A DNA stretch of 63,175 nt, counting the filler, from Octopus bimaculoides (Eukaryota): assembly GCF_001194135.2 (NCBI RefSeq). It is 5 parts of 5 records of this genome, joined end to end, with 100 filler letters (N's around TTAATTAATTAA, not from the genome) between each part and the next. Parts side by side here need not be neighbours in the genome. Positions count along the whole stretch, not along the records: positions 38,134 to 59,600 come from NC_068995.1; 4 more parts are not named here. One strand, given 5' to 3'. This document shows, in pieces, positions 40,431 through 52,340 of this stretch. Position numbers and translations under genes: made by a program. Below the pieces are notes generated by a model, which was given only the letters and a program-made list of their open reading frames with translations, ran no database searches and had not been told where the DNA came from. The stretch's first letter is position 1; every line of letters starts with the position of its first letter.

Positions 40431-41249
40431 CTAAAGAGAGGAAATAGGTGTGAGATGAAGAGAGGAGAGAGGAGGAGAGTCAGATGAAGAGGGGAGTTGA
40501 GCCCATGTGGCGTGAGACCGGGGCGTGGTTGCCGAGTCTAATGTCTCAGAGGTGTTCCGCGAACCGATCAGCCAAGCGGCGTCCTATTTGACTGATTTAC
40601 AGAGGAGAACAGAAAGAGCAAGAGATGCAGTAAATGACGTTGCTAGAACTGCATGTGAAGGAGTCAGTGATACGATAGGGACGATGATGGGTGCCTGTGA
40701 AGATGATGGTGTCAGAGAGGTAGGAGCAAGTGCGTCAGCGTGGGCGGGAGCAGGGGAACGAGCTGGGTTGGGAGGTAGGGTTGTGAGCTCATTTGNNNNN
40801 NNNNNNNNNNNNNNNNNNNNNNNNNNNNNNNNNNNNNNNNNNNNNNNNNNNNNNNNNNNNNNNNNNNNNNNNNNNNNNNNNNNNNNNNNNNNNNNNNNNN
40901 NNNNNNNNNNNNNNNNNNNNNNNNNNNNNNNNNNNNNNNNNNNNNNNNNNNNNNNNNNNNNNNNNNNNNNNNNNNNNNNNNNNNNNNNNNNNNNNNNNNN
41001 NNNNNNNNNNNNNNNNNNNNNNNNNNNNNNNNNNNNNNNNNNNNNNNNNNNNNNNNNNNNNNNNNNNNNNNNNNNNNNNNNNNNNNNNNNNNNNNNNNNN
41101 NNNNNNNNNNNNNNNNNNNNNNNNNNNNNGTTTTGTCTGCAATGTCCTGTACCCTGATATGCACCTATATATACAGGTAGACGTAGGTATGCACATACCT
41201 GTACGTATATATGCATATACTCATTTATTATTTGTTTATATATATATAT

Positions 41250-42290
41250 ATATAAATATGAAAGACGGAAGATGGAATATACGAGAATTTATTATTAATC
41301 ACGACGATTGTTTCGACCCATCTAACATCCATCCCTCAAGGGTGGGACACTCAAGAACTGGTTACATAGAAGATCAAAAATAAAATCACAAATGCAAAAA
41401 AGAAACGAACACGCAATACAGAGAGAAAAGTATTAAAAATAACCGTTAACAAATATGGATGCATAAACGCACTCGTGCAAGCTGCATGGCGCGTGTACAC
41501 TCGCTCATACAAGCATCCGCGAAAATGTAAGCACACACACACACGTGTGGTTTGGTGCACTCACAATCACAAAGCGAGTAAAATATCTACTTGGTATTTA
41601 TAAGAATAGGAAGGTCCAAAGTAAAGTCATCCACACCTTAAATTAAATTATGTTAACAGTTACTCAAATTCATTCCCACTGCATTGTGCGAGAGTACACA
41701 TATATGCGTGTAGGCATCTTGAGAGTCTTTCAGAAATTCTATTAATGATCTTCTCATTAGTCAGGGATTCCTCGAAGCTAAGACAGCGTCTCCTCGGAAT
41801 TATATTTTATGGTTTCGCGTACCTTACTATGGACCAAGTTATGCTATTCTTAAGTTTATCCTCCTTCACTTGCCATACAAAATCGACCAAAGATGTTGAA
41901 TGTCTCTTATTGATTGTCTTAAAGTTGGCGACATGGTTACGATAACGATTCTTAAATGAATCAGCCGTCTGCCCAATGTAAGCATACGGCCCTCCCCTTG
42001 TGTGCATGATGCATTTATATGCAAGATTTGTATTCATACAGAGATTCATCAATGGCGAATTTTTTTTTCTCTGCATGAGCATTTATCATATTTATTTGTA
42101 TATAACGCAGTTCCGACTCCATTTTCCGATGTTGTTACCGTGTTAGCTGTATCATTAGCATTTCTACTATTACTATTTGGCCGTAATTCGTGTTTTACAT
42201 TGCGGTTTACATCTCTTTAGTTAGTATTTAGATGCGTATGCTCGCTAGATCCAGTAGGTGGGTTATTGAATATTGGTTGCATTTTACTAT
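41250..42290 (-). mobile_element. PLE fragment: GIY-YIG endonuclease plus decayed terminal repeat
   Basis: LAYKC...YIGQTADSFKNRYRNHVANFK...STSLVDFVWQVK...ITWSIVRYAKP; downstream hammerhead-like GTCGAAACAATCGTCGTG near 41300-41318. Confidence 0.8.
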
Positions 42291-42988
42291 TGTTTATGCG
42301 ATGCATATATTTATACTTATATATACATATATACATATGTATATGCATATGTATATATATATGCATATATACACACACACACATATATAAACATATACAT
42401 GCGTATATATACATACATATANNNNNNNNNNNNNNNNNNNNNNNNNNNNNNNNNNNNNNNNNNNNNNNNNNNNNNNNNNNNNNNNNNNNNNNNNNNNNNN
42501 NNNNNNNNNNNNNNNNNNNNNNNNNNNNNNNNNNNNNNNNNNNNNNNNNNNNNNNNNNNNNNNNNNNNNNNNNNNNNNNNNNNNNNNNNNNNNNNNNNNN
42601 NNNNNNNNNNNNNNNNNNNNNNNNNNNNNNNNNNNNNNNNNNNNNNNNNNNNNNNNNNNNNNNNNNNNNNNNNNNNNNNNNNNNNNNNNNNNNNNNNNNN
42701 NNNNNNNNNNNNNNNNNNNNNNNNNNNNNNNNNNNNNNNNNNNNNNNNNNNNNNNNNNNNNNNNNNNNNNNNNNNNNNNNNNNNNNNNNNNNNNNNNNNN
42801 NNNNNNNNNNNNNNNNNNNNNNNNNNNNNNNNNNNNNNNNNNNNNNNNNNNNNNNNNNNNNNNNNNNNNNNNNNNNNNNNNNNNNNNNNNNNNNNNNNNN
42901 NNNNNNNNNNNNNNNNNNNNNNNNNNNNNNNNNNNNNNNNNNNNNNNNNNNNNNNNNNNNNNNNNNNNNNNNNNNNNNNNNNATATAC

Positions 42989-43149
42989 GACGGGCTTCTT
43001 TCAGTTTCCATCTACCAAATCCACTCACAAGGCTTTGGTCGGCTCGAGGCTATAGTAGAAGACGCTTGCCAAGGTGCCACGCAATGGTAATGAACCCGGA
43101 ACCATGTGGTTGGTAAGCAAGCTACTTATCACACAGCCACTCCTGCGGC
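42989..43149 (-). mobile_element. tRNA-derived SINE family C with CORE-like segment (also 59033-59177 on -, 59408-59570 on +, partials near 10680-10820 and 17455-17530)
   Basis: GCAGGAGTGGCTGTGTGATAAGTAGC (A box), GGTTCCGGGTTCA (B box), GGCACCTTGGCAAG CORE-like motif, (TA)n tail. Confidence 0.8.
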
Positions 43150-43362
43150 TATGAAACAGTGTGTACAGGGTGGCGCCAGTGGTTTCAGGGTTAGGAAGAG
43201 TCTAACAGTAAGATTCCGTTTAAACGAAGTAACCACACAGCTAAGCCCGCACGCTCCCACTCCTATTCTAAATGACACATGCCTAAAGTAATATACAGTG
43301 AACGTAAACACTTGACTACGTGGTCAGAAGCTAATTTTAACCACAGAACCATGTTCGTGCTT

Positions 43363-43413
<51 letters not shown>

Positions 43414-43519
43414 TACATGCACGTTAATAAGTACCTGATAAAGCGTAACGCGTGCGTCTTACGTCCTATGTTATCATTCATGTCCTAGTAGAGTGTTTAC
43501 TCCAGTCATAGTCAAGCTG

Positions 43520-44240
43520 CAGACCACAGGACTTTCTGAATAGCCTAATGAGATCCGTCGAAATGATAAACCCGAAGACAAAATAGCAATAACCCACAGT
43601 ATGGTGAAAACCATAACCACTCATAATAAAAAGGTGTACTGAAGGAATATCCCAGTGAAAACCTCAATAAAATGTAATCACAATACACCTGATGTAATGA
43701 TTTGAGATAGAGAAGAAAAACTGTGTACAGTTGTGGAAATCAGCTGCCCAGCGGATATCAGTGAAAAAGAGAATACCTACGCTGAACTATTGAGAAATCT
43801 GCAGTTACTCTATCCAGATTACAAGCTCAGGTTTATACCTGTAATTATTGGGGCACTGGAATATGTAACGCAATGCCTAAATACCAATCTTGAGAAATTA
43901 GGCTTCCCAAAACCAGATAGGAGAAAGCTGATTGGAAGACTGCAGATCTAAGCCATCACTGGAACTGTAAAAATCTGTAAAACTTTCCAGAAGTTTACCA
44001 TTTAAGTATATATGAGCATGTCTAGATATGCAAGTATATGCATGAGAAGACATACGTAAAATAAAACATACAAATCTGCACGTTTACATGCATGTATACA
44101 TACATACATACATACATACATAGCCTGTTGATGGTGAAATTCCAATGAAGGAGCCTTGGATCTGGGTTAGAAACCAGTTCCTTCTCTATTGGCAAGAAAT
44201 GAAATAAAAGTGAATAATAACATACATACGTACATGCATG
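43520..44240 (+). mobile_element. R4/Dong-like family B 3' fragment with (CATA)n tail
   Basis: VVEISCPADI..KENTYAELLRNLQLLYPDYKLRFIPVIIGALEYV; the 3' UTR start matches 11677-11720 (reverse complement). Confidence 0.85.
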
Positions 44241-44463
44241 CATACATGCATACATACATACATACATGTTACTGTAATTGTAAACATATTGTTGTGTTTA
44301 TACAATTTCAGATATATTACTAGTTTAACATTAATTACTTTATATAAACAATAGTCTTTTTTTCTTTTTAAAACCAATTTTTGACATGTATATATCATTT
44401 CCTTAACCGAATTCTTACATGTCTAAATTTTATTTCACTTTATTTTTTTTATCATTATTATAG

Positions 44464-44673
44464 CTGTAGTGTGCAGAGAATTGGGTCATGGAAAAGGTAT
44501 ACCAATTTGCTGTGGAGTATATGGCCTTCATACATGGGACAATACTTTATCTCAGTTAAGCTGTACTGGTAATGAAACGACTCTGGACCAATGTCGCCAA
44601 CTTCCACCTGTGTCGATGTGTTATTATAAAGAGTATGCTGCAGTGGCATGCTTCAATGGCTCGATGAAGACTG
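44464..44673 (+). CDS. SRCR-domain protein, exon encoding the C-terminal two-thirds of an SRCR domain
   Basis: TAG acceptor 44461-44463, donor GTAGGC 44674; 210 nt, phase 1-1. VVCRELGHGKGIPICCGVYG...LSCTGNETTLDQC...C...AAVAC; splices in frame to 55551 (T-D-YKLR). Confidence 0.82.
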
Positions 44674-45127
44674 GTAGGCACATATTTTTCTTCTCAAAGA
44701 TATCTGATTATAAACTTAAGTGAGCCTGCTTTTATGTGTGTATTTTTTCTGTCGATGGTTTTATTGTATAAGCGCGGATTCGGTGGAGTACGTATAGTTG
44801 TGTGTAGATGTGCTAACATACGCGCATGTGTGTTTAGAAGCGAAAATAAACAAGTGATTGCAAGAATATTGAAATATTCAGATCCATTATTATTGTAACT
44901 ATGAAGAATATATAGAGTAATTTTTCCCATTTTACCAACTTCAATAAATACTAAGTCTGCGGATGACACCTGCACTTTGCTAGCACCGTATCAAAGGTGG
45001 AATTTAACACATTGAATCAAAGTACTTCATTTAGTGCTCATATACGCAAAAACGCAAAACCTCACACATTCGCTCGCATAGACACTCACTCAAGCATACA
45101 ACATACGCACATTTATGTATGTGTATA

Positions 45128-45197
<70 letters not shown>

Positions 45198-45286
45198 CAT
45201 GTAGAGAATGGAGAAACAAACACAGCAGGTCGATTGCGCTAGTTAGCCATTTAATTTAATCAATTATGTGGAGATTATGTAATGCT

Positions 45287-45340
45287 ACATTTACGATCGT
45301 TTCGATTTGCCAATTTGATTGGCAGATCTCTTCAGAATGT
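45287..45340 (-). ncRNA. Minimal type I hammerhead ribozyme (inverted terminal repeat copy)
   Basis: Reverse complement: ACATT-CTGAAGA-GATCTGCCAA-TCAAA-TTGGCAAATC-GAAA-CGATCG-TA-AATGT; all core nucleotides present. Confidence 0.8.
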
Positions 45341-48300
45341 TGAGAAGTCTGTTTAAGTGCATGGTGTGAGAGATGCAGGCATAGAAGATAGGGGATATAC
45401 TAATGTAAAAGGATTTATATAGTGGTATGAGAATAGAGGTAAGGTATAGTGAGTCTTAATAATATTTCTGCGAAGGAGAGGTAGGGTGGGTTCTGTTTAA
45501 GTCTGTAGTTCCAATTTTAGTCAAGCGCATTCCCACTAAGGAACAATAGTTACCAAAGGTACCTTAAGGACCTCCTGCACAAGCTAAAATCACAGAACGG
45601 AACTATTGTCCACTCGGACAAAACTAGGAATTCTTACACTATAGATATTAACTTATACCACCAACTGCTACACAAAGAAATTACAAAAAAATATAAAGTA
45701 GCACCAGATAGCACCTTACGATCCATGAACTTAGCAGCCAAGGACATCATGTTAGACTATAACTTGGGTGAAAAAACTGAGCCACTTGTACCACTTAGAA
45801 CTAGAATCACACTAAAAGACCATAGACTTAACTTCCTAACAGACACTAAAGTTAGATTAATATGCCCAAATAGGTCAGACCTATGTAAATTAAGTAAGCT
45901 AATACTAGATAAGTACATCCCTAAGCTAAAAAGTAGACTCACCCTTGAATTATGGTCCAACACATACGAAGCCCTAAATTGGTTCTCCAAAATACTGAAC
46001 ACAAAAACTATAAATTCATACAGATAGACATAGTAGATTACTACTCCTCAGTTAACCCCACGATCCTAAATAGTACCCTAATATTCGCCAAAAACCACTC
46101 ACATCTAACTATGAAAGAAATAAAAGTAATACTTGAAGCAGGGAAATCAGTTATAAGCTTTGATAACAAACTCTGGGTCCGTAAGGACTCCCCAAACTCC
46201 TTCGATATCACCATGGGAGCCCCGGATTCAGCTCAGATAACTGACTTAATGGGCATATATTTGGACGAATTCCCAGATCTCAAGGGAGACTTATACAGGG
46301 ACGACGCGCTGTTCGTAATTAATAATCCCTCTAACAGGAAACTTGAACTCATCAAGAAAAACCTACACAAATTCTTCAAAAGATTCGGACTAGCCATTTC
46401 CTTAGAAAATGAACACACCTCCATAAATTACCTACACGCAAGCTGCAACCTAGCCACAGAACTCCATGAACCTTACATAAAACCAAACACTAACCTCAAA
46501 TACATAAACGCATCCAGTAACCACCCGCTATTCCTTAAGAGAGGCTTAGTACATAGCATAAGCAGTAGAATATCACGCCTCTCCTCTAACCAGGATATTT
46601 TTAATAAGCATAAGGAAATCTATAATATCACACTACATAAAGCAGGATTCAACCATAAAATTAAATACCTAGACCCCAATAACCATAAAAATTACCGAAA
46701 TAAATGGAATCTAAATGATATCAGCACATACACTAATAAAACACCAAACCCTACTGCAAACCACACCAACAATAAGAAGGACACAATTAAACATAATAAA
46801 AATAATAGTAATACAAAAGATCCTAAAGATCCACATAACACCAAAAATACCAACAACAGCGTAAACACCAATACCAATAATACTATTAGTATTAATAAGA
46901 CTAATAACATGACGAAGCGGAAATACAATAACAACCATAACATGATCAATATTAAGCCATACAAAGATAAGAATATTATTAATAACAGCGAGACCCAGCG
47001 AACGAAAATAAATCCTACGCCGGGCCCACAAAAACCAAACAATATTAACCCAGTTAACACTGATAAGGCACATACTAAAAATTAACCTAACTATAGAAAT
47101 AAATTAGATAGCCATAAAGGTAAATTCACTGGCCTTCCCAGCTATGATGGCAGGTTCTATACCAGACATAACCATAATAATAATAAGCACAATAGGGATA
47201 CGATCTGGTTAATTATCCCCTACACCATGAACCTCAAATCCAACATAGTCCGTTCATTAATGAACATAATAGATAAACATCTAAATGTAAATAACAAATA
47301 TGCAGCAATATTTAAGAACAAAATTAGAATCGGCCACAGCCTGACATGTAACTTAGCTACCATCATAGCCTCTATTAATAATTAAAAAAAATTAGACGCA
47401 TTCTATGCAGCTAGAAAGACCACGAACAACCAAACTAACAACCGTCCGACAAATAGAACAAACCCCAACCCTAATCCAACGCCCCTTGTTAGCAGAGACA
47501 CACACCAAAAAACAATAGGGCCACACGACAACACACAGACACCCCTTATAATTTATGTAGCCGTAAGGATAGGAATAAATGAAATTACTCCAACAGATGT
47601 CAGACCGAAAATGTAGTTTACCAATGTGACGTACGCACAAACGGCCATATTAGATCTTACATTGGGGCCACGAAAAATCAAATACGGCTTAGATACAATG
47701 AACACCGATCTAGCTTCAGAAATAGAAAGAAGGCAAGTTCAACAGGACTTAGTAGCTATATCTGGGAATTAAAGGACAATAATATAGCATACAAACTAAA
47801 ATTGCATGTACTCAGAACAGAAAATTCTTATAACTCAATTAACAGACGTTGTGATCTCTGCCTAACTGAACGCCTCGAAATCCTAACGGCTACAACACAT
47901 CTTCTAAACAAAAAATACGAAAATAAAACCGTTTGTCTACACACTACAAAATTTTCATTTTCTAAGTATAATTAAATATGTAAAAAGAAATTTCATTTTC
48001 TAAGTATAATGAAATATGCACTAGGACAGAGTTATCTCCCTCTTCACCAAAACTTTGAGTTACTCCCTTTTACTAACACCGCCGGTGCTAAAAAAGCAAT
48101 AACATTCGCTCGAATTTTAAAAACATCCACGTGCGTAATGCGCTTGACTAAGATTGGAACGACAGACTTAAACAGAACCCACCCTACCTCTCCTTCGCAG
48201 AAATATTATTAACCCTGATTTCGAATAAAATGTAAGACTCACTATACCTTACCTCTATTCTCATACCACTATATGCATCCTTTTACATTAGTATATCCCC

Positions 48301-48350
48301 TATCTTCTATTCCTGCATCTCTCACACCATGCACTTAAACAGACTTCTCA

Positions 48351-48404
48351 ACATTCTGAAGAGATATGCCAATCAAATTGGCAAATCGAAACGATCGTAA
48401 ATGT
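48351..48404 (+). ncRNA. Minimal type I hammerhead ribozyme in the PLE 3' terminal repeat
   Basis: Stem I ACATT/AATGT; core CUGAAGA (48356-48362); stem II GAT-A-TGCCAA/TTGGCA-A-ATC; GAAA (48388-48391); palindromic stem III CGATCG; GUA triplet, predicted cut after 48399. Confidence 0.82.
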
Positions 48405-48779
48405 AACATTATATAATCTCAACATAATTTATTAGATTGATGGCTAACTAGCGCAATCGACCTGCTTCTTCCTGTGTTTTTTTTTCCATTCTCTACATGA
48501 TTATACTTATAAACTGCGGTTTACACGATAAATTACCTGCCTCTGGATACCTTCTAACAAAGACGGTACCCACACAAGTAATCTCCAGGAGCGCCTTCGG
48601 ATTTAATTATCCCTTAGTTGCTAAACACTTCTATCCTATCGCTTGAATGTTTAAGCAATCCTAACTTATATTTNNNNNNNNNNNNNNNNNNNNNNNNNNT
48701 AATTGCAGAATAAAACCATTAGGTCATCGACTCAAAAAACCACAACCCACCAATGACACACACACATATATATATATAA

Positions 48780-48962
48780 GCACCCATTATACTCTCGGAG
48801 TGGTTAGCGTTAGGAAGGGCATCCAGCTGTAGAAACTCTGCCAGACCAGATTGGAGCTTGTTGCAACCGCTGGATCTCCAGACCGCTGTCAAACCGTCCA
48901 ACCCATGCCAGCATGGAAAACGGACGTTAATTGATGATTATGATGATGATGATGATGATGAT
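48780..48962 (+). mobile_element. RTE-type LINE/SINE 3' end with (GAT)n tail
   Basis: GGAAGGGCATCCAGCTGTAGAAAC...CCAACCCATGCCAGCATGGAAAACGGACGTTAA followed by (GAT)n; family recognised from memory. Confidence 0.6.
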
Positions 48963-49374
48963 ATCGTTATTTATGTGTATGTGTTTATGAATGTACGTTT
49001 AATGAATGTGTGTATTGTATATATGTGTTTGTATGTGTGTGTGAGCGTGTGTGATTGTTTGATATACGCTTGTAACGAAAAAATCACAAAGTATGTTTAT
49101 GTATACTAACTTCGATTTGAGATCTATAGCAAAACTCATTTTTAACTTATTTTCATGTACTTTTAAATGAACTTCATATACTTAATAGTAACTCAAAAGT
49201 AACTGACAAAGGAAGAATAAATAGTTTTTTATGTTTGCTATTCAGTTTTGTTTTCGTAATAATATTTTAAGTTTCCCTCATTCTGAATTTGGTATTGCCT
49301 TTTGTGGTCTCTGCAAACAAACTAAACTTTAATTGGAAAATGCAATTTATACACATAAGAGAAAAACATAACTG

Positions 49375-49454
<80 letters not shown>

Positions 49455-50039
49455 GTGTGTGTGTGTGCGTGAGTGTGTATGTGTGTATGTATAAATTACA
49501 AATTTATACTTTAAATTCGCATTTAAAAGATATGAACACAATATTATCAGGGAAACAGATATACAATAAAAGATAACATGTTGACCTCTTAGTTCATACA
49601 GGCAGACTAAATATATGAAGTTATTTTATTTTTATTTTTGCGTGTGCGTGAGGGTTAACGGATTAATTTGAATATAATAAGAAATAAAGTAAAACAAATA
49701 ATAATGTAGAATAAAATAAGCCATCGAAAGGAACTTTCCCCAAAATTCCAGGTGTCACTCTATTCTCAACTCGCATCGTATCAGAATTGGTTTCTCCAAC
49801 ACTAATAACCTCCTACAAATCATATCCTCGCATGACAACTATATTCTTAACGGTTAAAAGTTTTCGCTTAATAACTGTAATAACAATAATATTAATAATA
49901 ATAATCACTTCTTACATAATAGTAATAGCACTTGTAATTGTGGTCCGAATAAAACTTGCGTTCTCAACGGAAATTGCAGAATTAAAAGTGTTGTTTATCA
50001 ATATAAAGTTTTTTCAGGAACTAAAGAATATTTTCCTAT

Positions 50040-50760
50040 TGGCATTTCATCCAAGGAAATAAAAAAAAACGTTTGGCCAAGCATTTTTCTACATTTAAAT
50101 ATATTCATAAACGTAATACTACAGGTCTTAGCAAACTAATTTGGCATCTCAAAGACTATAATAAACAATTTTCTTTGGAATGGAAAATTTTGTCAAGATC
50201 ATTTCCCTATGATAAAGAGAAATCTTTTTGCTCTCTTTGTACGGACGAACAACTACCTATCCTTTTTTCCAAACACACACTGGTCAACACCTATAAAGAA
50301 CGTGTTTACGGGTTTTTACATTGGAAAAAACACACTTTCAACTATTTCAAATAATATCTGCCCCCTTACCTAATATCTACAACTTACACTTTATTCTTTT
50401 CATCTCATACATCACATTCTTGCCCTTATCATTTCTATCCATTTGTCATTCACCTTCTATTTGCTTATACCTCTATTACTCCTTTAATTCCCCTTCTCTC
50501 TTCCTTTTCTTCTTCTTCTCTCTTAAATTTCTTAACGGTATTTTAAATTTACTAGCGTTCCCTATCCACCTTTGTTTATAATATATAATATATTATAGCT
50601 TCGTAAATCTGTAAATCTGGCTTATTAGTGGGCGCTGTTGTTTATAATCTCCTCCCTGATGAGATTGATACATTATTCTACATCATTCTTCCTCTCGGAT
50701 TTATTTTAATGTATCAATCGAAACATATGCCGGTGAAATGGTGATATAAATGATTGTGAG
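50040..50760 (+). mobile_element. PLE 3' fragment (GIY-YIG C-terminus, pyrimidine tract, decayed hammerhead)
   Basis: TTGLSKLIWHLKD...LEWKILSRSFPY...FCSLCTDE; hammerhead-like motif at 50651-50735. Confidence 0.8.
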
Positions 50761-50785
50761 TTTGTCTTCTTTTTCCATTACTGTC

Positions 50786-50850
<65 letters not shown>
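50786..50850. repeat. (GATA)n microsatellite (also near 26370-26399)
   Basis: Direct observation. Confidence 0.97.
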
Positions 50851-50851
<1 letters not shown>

Positions 50852-51069
50852 TACATACACATATATATATATGCACGCGATTATTACTGTGAGTCTTTTA
50901 TTACCACATAATTCCAGACACACGCATATATTGAGAAACCGTGATGATTAGATATTTTCTGAAACGCTTAACCGCATGTAAACTAATTTAAGTTTCTCCA
51001 CTCAATAAGCACTGGTTAATACATAGAGTCTATATGTTAATTTTTTTGTCTCTTATATATATATATATA

Positions 51070-52340
51070 CTAGCTGAATGACCCGGCGTTGCTCGTGTTA
51101 CTACTGTTCTTATTCAGATTAGTAAACAATAAATATAAAGATATATTCTCATAATTATTTAAAAATATCTATATTTTATTGGAAAATATCCAAATTGTAA
51201 TGATAATAGAATTTCGAACTAAAAATCTGTCAATGCTGAAGCACCTCAGGTTGAACAATATTCAATGAGTAATTTTTTGTTGGTGTCGAAATGAATAAAT
51301 TGTTGGTTCCAACTCGCGAGCAAGCAACATAGAGTTGGCTGTGGGAGAGCATGCAGTAGAGGGGTCAAAGGCAACTACCTTGAGCGATTGACCCTGAGAT
51401 TTGTTAATTGAAATACCAAAACTTAGTTTGACTGGAAACTAGAGTATCTTAAATTCAAATGGAACATCTTTGGGTATGAGAGGAATTTTTGGAATAAAGA
51501 CGTTTTCTCCTTTGTCACTAGCTGTGATGATTGTTGTCTGTAGAACATGGGGCTTCATGGAAGTAACAATTAAGTGGGTTTCATTACGCAGGAGTACCCA
51601 GTGTGTTCAGAAATTTACAGGGTATTGAGCAATCTGATCTCGATAGACTGTTGTCAATTAATCGAAAAGTCATTTCTATGTATCAGTTAACTTTTGAAGA
51701 AGTTCATGATTCAGTTTATCAACCATTTCATTAGTTGGAGCTAGTATAGCTGTTTTACATAGCCAGTTTACATCAGTGTAATTAACAGATAGATTAGGAA
51801 ATACTTTATCCATAAGATCCCTGATAGAAAGTGTCATTTGGCCGTATGTAATTTTATGTAGCTGAACTCTTAAACTGAATGTTGATATCCCATTACCAAT
51901 CTTTAGAAGCGCGTATGATCACCTTGTAGAAGTACTCTGATATTGCTTGTTAGGTGAAGTCTTTTCACGTCTCCAAATGTACACATTTTTGAAGTATGCA
52001 TTGACCTCATCAGCTTTTGATCCTTTGGGGATAACTGACAACGTTTCATGAAAATCTGTTACTCGTTCCATGAGAGTGCTATTGTTTTTTTATGTCTTGG
52101 AGGAGACGTACCTCTGGAGCTCCACGATGTGACAGTGCACTCATCCCAAACAATGAGGCAAGTGTTTTGGAGAACTGTTGCCATTGCAGAGATTTTGGAA
52201 ATGTTGCACATTTGAGATTCTTTCATTGCAAGGTTTAGAGGGAGCTTGAATATGGAATGAGCAGTTCTTCCCCCATTGAGGAGGGTAGCTGCGATACGAT
52301 ATGCAACACTAAGAAGGTTAGATTTTATTTCTTCCAATTA
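51070..52340 (-). mobile_element. Helitron 3' fragment (PIF1-family helicase, decayed) with intact 3' terminus
   Basis: AATLLNGGRTAHSIFKLPL...LIVWDECT and RLQFPVKLSF..INKSQGQSL helicase motifs; GC-rich subterminal palindrome (51081-51095) and terminal CTAG|T at 51070 next to (TA)n. Confidence 0.85.

Larger units (their letters stand above)
45190..48505 (+). mobile_element. Penelope-like element: 5'-truncated RT + GIY-YIG ORF flanked by ~340-bp inverted terminal repeats
   Basis: RT: ITLKDH..NF...RLICP, FIQIDIVDYYSS, MGAPDSAQITDL, LYRDDAL. Endonuclease 47607-47975: NVVYQC...YIGATKNQIRLRYNEH...CDLCLTERLEIL...LLNKK. One frameshift near 46000, in-frame stops at 47083 and near 47381, another frameshift near 47545. 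45190-45531 is the reverse complement of about 48138-48505. Confidence 0.93.
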
